Assembly: GCF_964194025.1 (NCBI RefSeq) | Contig: NC_134474.1 | Coordinates: forward strand, 54,250,001-54,314,000 | Direction of reading: 5' to 3' | Source: Convolutriloba macropyga | Lineage: Eukaryota | DNA: 64,000 bases | Shown here: positions 49,700 to 60,500 of the stretch, in pieces | Layout: the number at the start of each line of letters is the position of its first letter | How positions within the stretch are numbered: position 1 is the first letter of the stretch | Translations under genes and position numbers: made by a program | The notes under the pieces: generated by a model | Seen by the model: only the letters and a program-made list of their open reading frames with translations | Told to the model about the DNA's origin: nothing | Database searches by the model: none

Positions 49700-50957
49700 A
49701 CACGAATTTAAGTAACGAATTTAAGCAACACGCAAGACGTGGCTCAGGTATATTCAAACAATTCAAACTGTTACAAACTCTTAATTACCTTAACACCCTG
49801 GTCAATAACTGTAACAACCGAATTGAACTTATGAAACAATGCATTAACAAAAAAAATACCAGAATTTTCAGCTTTCGCGCTCCAAAAAATTGAGTTTTTT
49901 TCTGAACAGGCGGCGCAAAGTTTTCAAATAAAACTTCTGAAACAGGAAATAAATTGTGCTGAAAGAGGCCTTAAATTGTTCGAAGAAAAACTTGAATCAG
50001 ATAGGAGTAAGTTTATAGAGAAGATGAGACCAGAACTGATGCCATCCCTTGTTAGCAGCTTTCTGCGTGAAATATGGAATCACTTGGCAATGGTTCAAAT
50101 AGACTGGATGAAAAACTTGATGAACAGTCAGAGAGACAGGATAGACCGCTGCGGAATGGCTCCCGCCATTGTGATAATGCATGGTATTGAACTTCAAAAA
50201 TTTGTACTTGAAGTCATATCGTTTGGCTATAAACGCCTTGTGAGAGAGTTTAATTTGATGCACTTGCTCAAGGATTTTGACAAACTTGTACGTGAATTAC
50301 GCGCATACAAAACAGAGAGTGAGAAGATTTGTGAAATTGAGGCTTCCGCAAAATGGTATGCAAAAAATGTAAGCGAAACCCCGATAGATTGAGGGGTCAA
50401 AAAATTACATTATTACCCAAAAACCAAGGATTTGCTGGCGGTACCGTTTGACACGGCTCCGGTTTCTCTGTTATGAAGAAGCAAACGTTCAGAGAAAACA
50501 TTGACGATGTGCTATATGAATGTTCTCCCGAAAGAGCGAACCAGAACATAGAAAAGATAATAATTGGCAGTAAATATCAATTGCAAACAACGCCAAACAT
50601 TCGATCTCATGATAAACCAAAAACTTTTCTTCAATACACAGGCAACCTTACTCAAAACTTTGCATGCAAATTGAAAAAATTAAGCGATTTGCAATTGAGT
50701 TCTTTAGCGCGAAAATTGAGATCATTCCTCCCCACTCTAGATTCATCTTTTGATGTAGACCTGAAATCCCACATACTATATGAGATAAAATGTACAGGAT
50801 GCAAATCCATCTATGTTGGACAGACAAGCCGGCATGTTGAGACTAAGATATCAGAACATCAAAGAATATTTTGTTGAATATAGTGGTTCCAGGAATTACA
50901 TTGAGTTGAAAACTCTGGATGACTTTTGCAGAGTAGAGAAACTCATGAACATGGAAG

Positions 50958-51004
<47 letters not shown>

Positions 51005-51480
51005 CAAGTTGAAGACGGGAAAAACACACGCAATGACAATAGGGGCGGAAGCTCACGCTGAAGTATTAGTTCATATCTTAATTTTGACTTGGGATAGAAA
51101 AATGAGGCAAAGAACATTTTATGCATGACAAAACGAAATTTTTAAAACCCCCAGAAGAGGGATAGTTAGGGTAGGGACAAATTTGGAATTACCCTAGAAA
51201 TATTTAAAAACATGTTCTCAATTGAAAAATCCGGTTTGAATCGGAAAATGATTTAAAAGAACTTGATAACAGCTGTAAATATGAGATGCAAAAAGGCTAA
51301 TTATTGTAAAAAGAAAAAAGTTACGATAGTTCCTAGAGTTCTTTAAATTGTGGATTGAGATAATTGTATATACATATTCATTTTAACCTATAACAAATTG
51401 TGATGCAGTTTTAATCTCACGATGAAAGTAAAGTCCGAAAACATTTGTTTTAAATATCAGAAATAATATTAATTTGAAAA
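49700..51480 (+). mobile_element. Penelope-like element remnant (N-terminal domain + GIY-YIG endonuclease, RT deleted), copy 1; ends approximate
   Basis: SHILYEIKCTGCKSIYVGQTSRHV.TKISEH and EAIYI are PLE GIY-YIG motifs; no RT motifs between 50500 and 50560. Confidence 0.85.
50959..51001. repeat. (TA)n microsatellite inside the PLE GIY-YIG coding region (also 53579-53621)
   Basis: Direct reading. Confidence 0.97.
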
Positions 51481-51999
51481 ACTAATTTCTTCTACAAATA
51501 TGTTATGTCACTCGAAATATCAAAGATTTCAATCAAATTTTGCGAATGATACATGCGTTTAGGATCTTTGCCTTAAATTAGGTTTGAGAGCAGTTAAAAA
51601 CAGAGAATGAAATGAAAACGAAGACCTGATAAAATCAAACTTTTGACAAATCAAGTCAAATTTTTTTTCTTTTAAAAGAATTAAAAAAAAACAGAAAGTA
51701 AATTAAGAAAATTAAGCAACAAAAGATTTAAGAAATCATATATTTGCTCTTTGCGTCAAACAGAAGGAAAACACAATGGATTTATAGCGAAGGTCCTTGA
51801 CCTAAGCTGAATCAAGGAGCTGCTTTTAGCATTGTCTAGTAAAGTTAGTTCTAAAAAATTGGAGGCACTCAATTATAATTAAAAATAAAGAAATAGGATT
51901 GAGTGAGTTATGAACCTTGCAATGTTTATGGCTAAAAATTTGAAGGCTCAGAAAAAACGGCGGATGTGTAAAATTTCTTGAGAGCTCTACTTCTCCTGG

Positions 52000-52156
52000 G
52001 ACATAAGAGATATCTTTGAACCAGAATCGATTTGCCTTGATGTCCAGTTGAGCGTCGTCATCATTTCTTGTGATCTTGTGTTGAAGGAATTCATCTTGAA
52101 GAAACTGGAGCTTTGGCTCTCTTTTGATATCATAACAAACCATGTTCAAAAAACTT
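52000..52156 (-). pseudogene. Fragment of the CRE-like family F RLE region
   Basis: CYDIKREPKLQFLQDE..DDDAQLDIKANRFW. Confidence 0.7.
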
Positions 52157-52319
52157 TGTACAAAAATAAATTCGGTAAATTGATATTTGGTTATCTTCGT
52201 GCCGAAGAAAAAAATCAGAATATCTGTGCTTTCTTCCTACGGAATATCTAGTGGCCACATAATCCATCTTTGTATACAATTACAAACAACTGATTTCACG
52301 CAAATAACAACATGCATAC

Positions 52320-53577
52320 ACGAATTTAAGTAACGAATTTAAGCAACACGCAAGACGTGGCTCAGGTATATTCAAACAATTCAAACTGTTACAAACTCTT
52401 AATTACCTTAACACCCTGGTCAATAACTGTAACAACCGAATTGAACTTATGAAACAATGCATTAACAAAAAAAAAATACCAGAATTTTCAGCTTTCGCGC
52501 TCCAAAAAATTGAGTTTTTTTCTGAACAGCTGGCGCAAAGTTTTCAAATAAAACTTCTGAAACAGGAAATAAATTGTGCTGAAAGAGGCCTTAAATTGTT
52601 CAAAGAAAAACTCGAATCAGATAGGAGTAAGTTTATAGAGAAGATGAGACCAGAACTGATGCCATCCCTTGTTAGCAGCTTTCTGCGTGAAATATGGAAT
52701 CACTTGGCAATGGTTCAAATAGACTGGATGAAAAACTTGATGAACAGTCAGAGAGACAGGATAGACCGCTGCGGAATGGCTCCCGCCATTGTGATAATGC
52801 ATGGTATTGAACTTCCAAAATTTGTACTTGAAGTCATATCGTTTGGCTATAAACGCCTTGTGAGAGAGTTTAATTTGATGCACTTCCTCAAGGATTTTGA
52901 CAAATTTGTACGTGAATTACGCGCATACAAAACAGAGAGTGGGAAGATTTGTGAAATTGAGGCTTACGCAAAATGGTATGCAAAAAATGTAAGCGAAACC
53001 CCGATAGATTGAGGGGTCAAAAAATTATATTATTACCCAAAAATCAAGGATTTGCTGGCGGTACCGTTTGACAAGGCTCCGGTTTCTCTGTTATGAAGAA
53101 GCAAACGTTCAGAGAAAACATTGACGATGTGCTATATGAATGTTCTCCCGAAAGAGCGAACCAGAACATAGAAAAGATAATAATTGGCAGTAAATATCAA
53201 TTGCAAACAACGCCAAACATTCGATCTCATGATAAACCAAAAACTTTTCTTCAATACACAGGCAACCTTACTCAAAACTTTGCATGCAAATTGAAAAAAT
53301 TAAGCGATTTGCAATTGAGTTCTTTAGCGCGAAAATTGAGATCATTCCTCCCCACTCTAGATTCATCTTTTGATGTAGACCTGAAATCCCACATACTATA
53401 TGAGATAAAATGTACAGGATGCAAATCCATCTATGTTGGACAGACAAGCCGGCATGTTGCCACTAAGATATCAGAACATCAAAGAATATTTTGTTGAATA
53501 TAGTGGTTCCAGGAATTACATTGAGTTGAAAACTCTGGATGGCTTTTGCAGAGTAGAGAAACTCATGAACATGGAAG

Positions 53578-53624
<47 letters not shown>

Positions 53625-53850
53625 CAAGTTGAAGACGGGAAAAACACACGCAATGACAATAGGGGCGGGAGCTCACGCTGAAGTATTAGTTCATATCTTA
53701 ATTTTGACTTGGGATAGAAAAATGAGGCAAAGAACATTTTATGCATGACAAAACGAAATTTTTAAAACCCCCAGAAGAGGGATAGTTAGGGTAGGGACAA
53801 ATTTGGAATTACCATAGAAATATTTAAAAACATGTTTTCAATCGAAAACA
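52320..53850 (+). mobile_element. Penelope-like remnant, copy 2 (3' flank partly deleted)
   Basis: ORFs 52449-53012 and 53093-53497 are near-identical to copy 1, offset 2620 bp. Confidence 0.85.
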
Positions 53851-54189
53851 TTTTTTTTCATTTAACAGAATTAAAAAAACAGAAAGTAAATTAAGAAAAT
53901 TAAGCAACAAAAGATTTAAGAAATCATATGTTTGCTCTTTGCGTCAAACAGAAGGAAAACACAATGAATTTATAGCGAAGGTCCTTGACCTAAGCTAAAT
54001 CAAGGAGCTGCTTTTAGCATTGTCTAGTGAAGTTAGTTCTAATAAATTGGAGGCACTCAATTGTAATTAAAAATAAAGAAATAGGATTGAGTGAGTAATG
54101 AACCTTGCAATGTTTATGGCTCAAAATTTGCAAGCTCAGAAAAAACGGCGGATGTGTAAAACTTCTTGAGAGCTCTACTTCTCCTGGGA

Positions 54190-55998
54190 CATAAGAGATA
54201 TCTTTGAACCAGAGTCGATTTGCCTTGATGTCCAGTCGAGCGTCGTCATCAGTTCTTGTGATCTTGTGTTGAAGGAATTCATCTTGAAGAAATTGGAGCT
54301 TTGGCTCTCTTTTGATATCATAACAAACCATGTTCAAAAAACTTGTGAACGTGTCTCGGATTTTGTTATGGCGAATGTGAGCATACCAGCTTTCTTCACA
54401 ATGAAGGGCTTGAGTGATGATGAATTTTTTAACTCAATGACATGTACTTCAGGTTTTCGTTAACGCGTGGCCCTACAGTAGATCTAGTTCAGCTCAAAAA
54501 CCTAACTTGATTGAGCAGAAACTGTATTTTTTGAGTGCACAGCATTTATCCAACTAGAAACGCCTCTTTGTGAAGCAACTTTCAGGGAGTATTTTGTCTG
54601 TTGAGTCAGTGTTTCCTTCTGACTAAGTAGCTTGGTTGTTTTCTCGGACCAGTTTTATATTCATTTGCTAATTTTTTTTTAAACAGGCTTAGCCTTGATA
54701 GGTTCATGGTTGTTTGGAACCTCGGAGAGGCCAATCGAATCGAAGTAGTCACGTGTACTTGCGATAGAGTTAGCTATATTCAAACAAAACTGGCGCAAAG
54801 AAAGGGCATAAATAATCCGACGAGTTCTATCTAGAATTTTGAGACCTGTTGTAACTGGTATAATTTTCTCATTCAGAGTTGTTTTCACGGCTGTCAGGGC
54901 GTTGTTTAGGCGGGCGTTGTTCGATTGAGGAACGTTGGGCAAATTCCTGTTAGACGTTTTTGTTTGAGCAACTGTAAAACTTTTGCGGCAATGTTCGCGT
55001 AAATAATGAGAATTTTTCCAGCATTGACGTATATATACTCAAGGAAGCAGGGGTAAAATCAGAGCACGAAGAGTTTTCACCAACCAGGGAGCCTAAAATA
55101 CGTGTACATTTGCTGATTTTGACATAAATATTGGCAAAGATTGTTCTCGCATCCTCCAGTTTGACTACTCAATCCCTAACTGACATTCAGTTCCGTAAGG
55201 CTTGCCAATGAGACAAAGGCAATCAAAAAAATCTCGAATCTCGGTTAGTTTTCCCGCAGCGAAGCCATCCTCTGCATGCCAGTTCTGTTTTATGCCGCCG
55301 GTTTGAAAATAACTAGTCAGCGGTAGCTTTGCTATGGCGTACATTGACATAGCAATGAGATCACACTCAGTTGTCCCTTCAAGAAGCAAAATTGTGTCTT
55401 TCTCGAGATACACCGCAGACGGTGTTCCGCTCTTTAAGAGTTGTTTACAGCGTTTTTTAGGTGAAAGACACTGCTTGGAGATGTTATGAAGAATACGACT
55501 CAGTTGTTAGGAAGTATTTACAGCGTTTTTAGATGAAAGACACTGCTTGGAGATGTTATCAAGAATTCGACTCAGTTGTTTGGAAGTATTTATTGGCATA
55601 GTGCGTTGTTATTGTCCTCATTGTAGCAAGATCTCAACTTGTGGTTGGCATTTTCTATACCGCACTGTTGCCAAGGCACAGCGTGGTATTTCCTCCTAGA
55701 TTTTGCAGATCTTGTTTGACAAACGCTACAATACACTGCCCGATTACTCTCCAAAAAAACCTTCCCCTATTCCTAATGATCGTACACAAATTTTCTTCTC
55801 AAGCGGGATTAAAAGACAGTCAATGTGAGCGGCTAAATGACGCGAGAATAAAATTTCAATAGCAATTTGACATGAGAGTTTTGCAACATTTCTGCCAAGG
55901 TTGTTGAAGGATTTGTCAAATGCAGTAACTACCGGCTCCCTTCGTCAGCATCAAAACCTTAAGGCACATGGCTACCATTGATTTTTTGTGCAGCTTGA
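54190..55998 (-). mobile_element. CRE-like LINE family 'F', partial duplicated copy (RT to RLE)
   Basis: EGTTECDLIAMSMYA and WHAEDGFAAG (degenerate EGTTQGDP/WYADD); LSLRxFCLNI; EPKLQ..DDARLDIKA. Confidence 0.8.
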
Positions 55999-57250
55999 GT
56001 GAGAAGATTTGTGAAATTGAGGCGTCCGCAAATTGGTATGCAAAAATTGTAAGCAAAACCCCGATAGATTGAGGGGTCAAAAAATTACCTTATTACTCAA
56101 AAACCAAGGATTTGCTGGCGGTACCGTTTGACAAGGCTCCTGTTTCTGTGTTATGAAGAAGCAAACGTTCAGAGAAAACATTGACGATGTGCTATATGAA
56201 TGTTCTCCCGAAAGAGCGAACCAACACATAGAAAAGATAATAATTGGCAGTAAATATCAATTGCAAAACAACGCCAAACATTCGATCACATGATAAACCA
56301 AAAACTTTTCTTCAATACAGAGGCAACCTTGTTCAAAAATTTGCATGCAAATTGAAGAAATTAAGCGATTTGCAATTGAGTTCTTTAGCGCAAAAATTGA
56401 GATCATTCCTCCCCACTCTAGATTCATCTTTTGATGTAGACCTGAAATCCCACATACTATATGAGATAAAATGTACAGGATGCAAATCCATCTATGTTGG
56501 ACAGACAAGCCGGCATGTTGCCACTAAGATACCAGAACATCAAAGAATTTTTTGTTGGTTATAGTGGTTCCAGTAATTACATTGAATTGGAAAACTCTGG
56601 ATGACTTTTTGCAGAGTTGAGANNNNNNNNNNNNNNNNNNNNNNNNNNNNNNNNNNNNNNNNNNNNNNNNNNNNNNNNNNNNNNNNNNNNNNNNNNNNNN
56701 NNNNNNNNNNNNNNNNNNNNNNNNNNNNNNNNNNNNNNNNNNNNNNNNNNNNNNNNNNNNNNNNNNNNNNNNNNNNNNNNNNNNNNNNNAAAAAAACACA
56801 CGCAATGAAAATAGGGGCGGGAGCTCACGCTGAAATATTAGTTCATATCTTAATTTTGACTTGGGATAGAAAAATGAGGCAAAGAACATTTTATGCATGA
56901 CAAAACGAAATTTTTAAAACCCCCAGAAGAGGGATAGTTAGGGTAGGGACAAATTTGGAATTACCCTAGAAATATTTAAAAACATGTTCTCAATTGAAAA
57001 ATCCGGTTTGAATCGGAAAATGATTTAAAAGAACTTGATAACAGCTGTAAATATGAGATGCAAAAAGGCTAATTATTGTAAAAAGAAAAAAGTTACGATA
57101 GTTCCTAGAGTTCTTTAAATTGTGGCTTGAGATAATTGTAAATACATATTGATTTTAACCTATAACAAATTGTGATGCAGTTTTAATCTCACGATGAAAC
57201 TAAAGTCCGAACTTTTGTTTTAAATATCAGAAATAATATTAATTTGAAAA
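55999..57250 (+). mobile_element. Penelope-like remnant, copy 3 (5' truncated, contains gap 56623-56789)
   Basis: ORF 56244-56564 carries the GIY-YIG motif; 3' flank matches copy 1. Confidence 0.82.
56623..56789. other. Assembly gap (N run) at the position of the (TA)n tract in the other PLE copies
   Basis: Ns flanked by sequence matching either side of 50959-51001. Confidence 0.95.
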
Positions 57251-57769
57251 ACTAATTTCTTCTACAAATATGTTATGTCACTCGAAAGATCAAAGAATTC
57301 AATCAAATTTTGCGTTTGATACATGCGTTTAGGATCTTTGCTTTAAATTAGGTTTGAGAGCAGTTAAAAATAGAGAATGAAATGAAAACGAAGAGCTGAT
57401 AAAATCAAATTTTAAACAAATCAAGTCAATTTTTTTTTCATTTTACAGAATTAAAAAAACAGAAAGTAAATAAAGAAAATTAAGCAACAAAAGATTTAAG
57501 AAATCATATATTTGCTCTTTGCGTCAAACAGAAGGAAAACACAATGAATTTATAGCAAAGGTCCTTGACCTAAGCTGAATCAAGGAGCTGCTTTTAGCAT
57601 TGTCTAGTAAAGTTAGTTCTAAAAAATTGGAGGCACTCAATTGTAATTAAAAATAAAGAAATAGGATTGAGTGAGTTATGAACCTTGCAATGTTTATGGC
57701 TCAAAATTTGCAGGCTCAGAAAAAACGGCGGATGTGTAAAACTTCTTGAGAGCTCTACTTCTCCTGGGA

Positions 57770-60500
57770 CATAAGAGATATCTTTGAACCAGAGTCGATT
57801 TGCCTTGATGTCCAGTCGAGCGTCGTCATCAGTTCTTGTGATCTTGTGTTGAAGGAATTCATCTTGAAAAAACTGGAGCTTTGGCTCTCTTTTGATATCA
57901 TAACAAACCATGTTCAAAAAACTTGTGAACGTGTCTCGGATTTTGTTATGGCGAATGTGAGCATACCAGCTTTCTGCACAATGAAGGGCTTGAGTGATGA
58001 TGAATTTTTTAACTCAATGACATGTACTTCAGGTTTTCGGTAACGCGTGGCCCTACAGTAGATCTAGTTCAGCTCAAAAACCTAACTTGATTGAGCAGAA
58101 ACTGTAATTTTTGAGTGCACAGCATTTATCCAACTAGAAACGCCTCTTTGTGAAGCAACTTTCAGGGAGTATTTTGTCTGTTGAGTCAGTGTTTCCTTCT
58201 GACTAAGTAGCCTGGTTGTTTTCTCGGACCAGTTTTATATTCATTTGCTAATTTTTTTTTAAACAGGCTTAGCCTTGATAGGTTCATGGTTGTTTGGAAC
58301 CTCGGAGAGGCCAATCGAATCGAAGTAGTCACGTGTACTTGCGATAGAGTTAGCTATATTCAAACAAAACCGGCGCAAGGAAAGGGCATAAATAATCCGA
58401 CGAGTTCTATCTAAAATTTTGAGACCTGTTGTAACTGGTATAATTTTCTCATTCAGAGTTGTTTTCACGGCTGTCAGGGCGTTGTTTAGGCGGGCGTTGT
58501 TCGATTGAGGAACGTTGGGCAAATTCCTGTTAGACGTTTTTGTTTGAGCAACTGTAAAACTTTTGCGGCAATGTTCGCGTAAATAATGAGAATTTTTCCA
58601 GCATTGACGTATATATACTCAAGGAAGCAGGGGTAAAATCAGAGCACGAAGAGTTTTCACCAACCAGGGAGCCTAAAATACGTGTACATTTGCTGATTTT
58701 GACATAAATATTGGCAAAGATTGTTCTCGCATCCTCCAGTTTGACTACTCAATCCCTAACTGACATTCAGTTCCGTAAGGCTTGCCAATGAGACAAAGGC
58801 AATCAAAAAAATCTCGAATCTCGGTTAGTTTTCCCGCAGCGAAGCCATCCTCTGCATGCCAGTTCTGTTTTATGCCGCCGGTTTGAAAATAACTAGTCAG
58901 CGGTAGCTTTGCTATGGCGTACATTGACATAGCAATGAGATCACACTCAGTTGTCCCTTCAAGAAGCAAAATTGTGTCTTTCTCGAGATACACCGCAGAC
59001 GGTATTCCGCTCGTTAAGAGTTGTTTACAGCGTTTTTAGGTGAAAGACACTGCTTGGAGATGTTATGAAGAATTCGACTCAGTTGTTTGGAAGTATTTAC
59101 AGCGTTTTTAGATGAAAGACACTGCTTGGAGATGTTAAGAAGAATTCGACTCAGTTGTTTGGAAGTATTTATTGGCATAGTGCGTTGTTATTGTCCTCAT
59201 TGTAGCAAGATCTCAACTTGTGGTTGGCATTTTCTATACCGCACTGTTGCCAAGGCACAGCGTGGTATTTCCTCCTAGATTTTGCAGATCTTGTTTGACA
59301 AACGCTACAATACACTGCCCAATTACTCTCCAAAAAAACCTTCTCCTATTCCTAATGATCGTACACAAATTTTCTTCTCAAGCGGGATTAAAAGACAGTC
59401 AATGTGAGCGGCTAAATAACGCGAGAATAAAATTTCAATAGCAATTTGATATGAGAGTTTTGCAACATTTTTGCGAAGGTTGTTGAAGGATTTGTCAGAT
59501 GCAGTAACTACCGGCTCCCTTCGTCAGCATCAAAACCTTAAGGTACATGGCTACCATTGATTTTTTGTGCAGCTTGATTTACCTTTTAGCGCTTCTATTT
59601 ATGTACATTGAATGATGATAAAGAAGATTGGGATTTTCGACATCGAGTTTCAGTGCGGGTCGGGTTTGCTTGCAGCTGCGTGCTTTTCTTGAGAACATCT
59701 GGAACAGTGGACGATCCTATTGACTGGCTGAGAGACAACACTCTGCCGTTATGATCTGGGTCTAACTGCCAGATAGCTCTGAACATATTATCCTGGTGCG
59801 TGAGTCGGTTGAGATGGCGCACTTCATTTTGATTGTTCTCTGAAGCTTTTGATACGAAGCGTAAGGGCTTTGTTTTCAGGAAACAGCTCAACTAATTGTC
59901 CCTGGTTCCTCACGTCGAGTTGTTTGCTAATGGTCTCATTGACAAAACCGCCGTTCCTTTTCTTGGTGCAGAGCAGTAAATGATGTAGAAAGAGCATGGC
60001 AGCGTAGAGAGCAAATTCTGCAGGTTGCTCCTTTTCAGCTATTGGTCGGAGTAGCTCACTCAAGATATCCAAAGTCTCATAACCTGCTTCATTCTTGTGC
60101 ATAAAGAAGAACTGTGCTTTTCAATGGACCGTGGGGTTGTAGTGATTTTGCATTTTGTCTTAAAAAAAGTTGTTGGGATTTTGCCACAAAAAGTCAAATG
60201 TGAAGGGAGAGGGTTGATTAATTAAGAGGATATCAGGATTTGCAGAGATCGCGACGAATGAAGCGTTGAAGGTTAATATTTTATCCGCAGAGCGTTTCAC
60301 AGTACAGTGTCGGCATTCAAAACCATCAACATACTCGCGCCCAGAGGCCAAACCACTACAATTAATTTGGCTCTAACCACAAGAAAGGCAGCATAAACTA
60401 CCGCCTCTACTATGTCGCTGGCACTGGGTACAGTTCGACTGCGTCCGCATGATGAAAGAAGTTTACATGGGACTAGGAGTTGAATAAGAGATGAAAACAT
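57770..60500 (-). mobile_element. CRE-like LINE family 'F', longer degenerate copy with N-terminal PHD
   Basis: ATG at 60450: MRTQSNCTQC..CCLSCG*SQINC..FECRHC; LLLCTKK; GRVLSL; the same RT/RLE remnants as 54190-55998, offset 3580 bp. Confidence 0.82.

Noticed and set aside
55445-55591. CRISPR-like repeats
   Set aside because: Only two adjacent copies, no spacers, no cas genes, eukaryotic context
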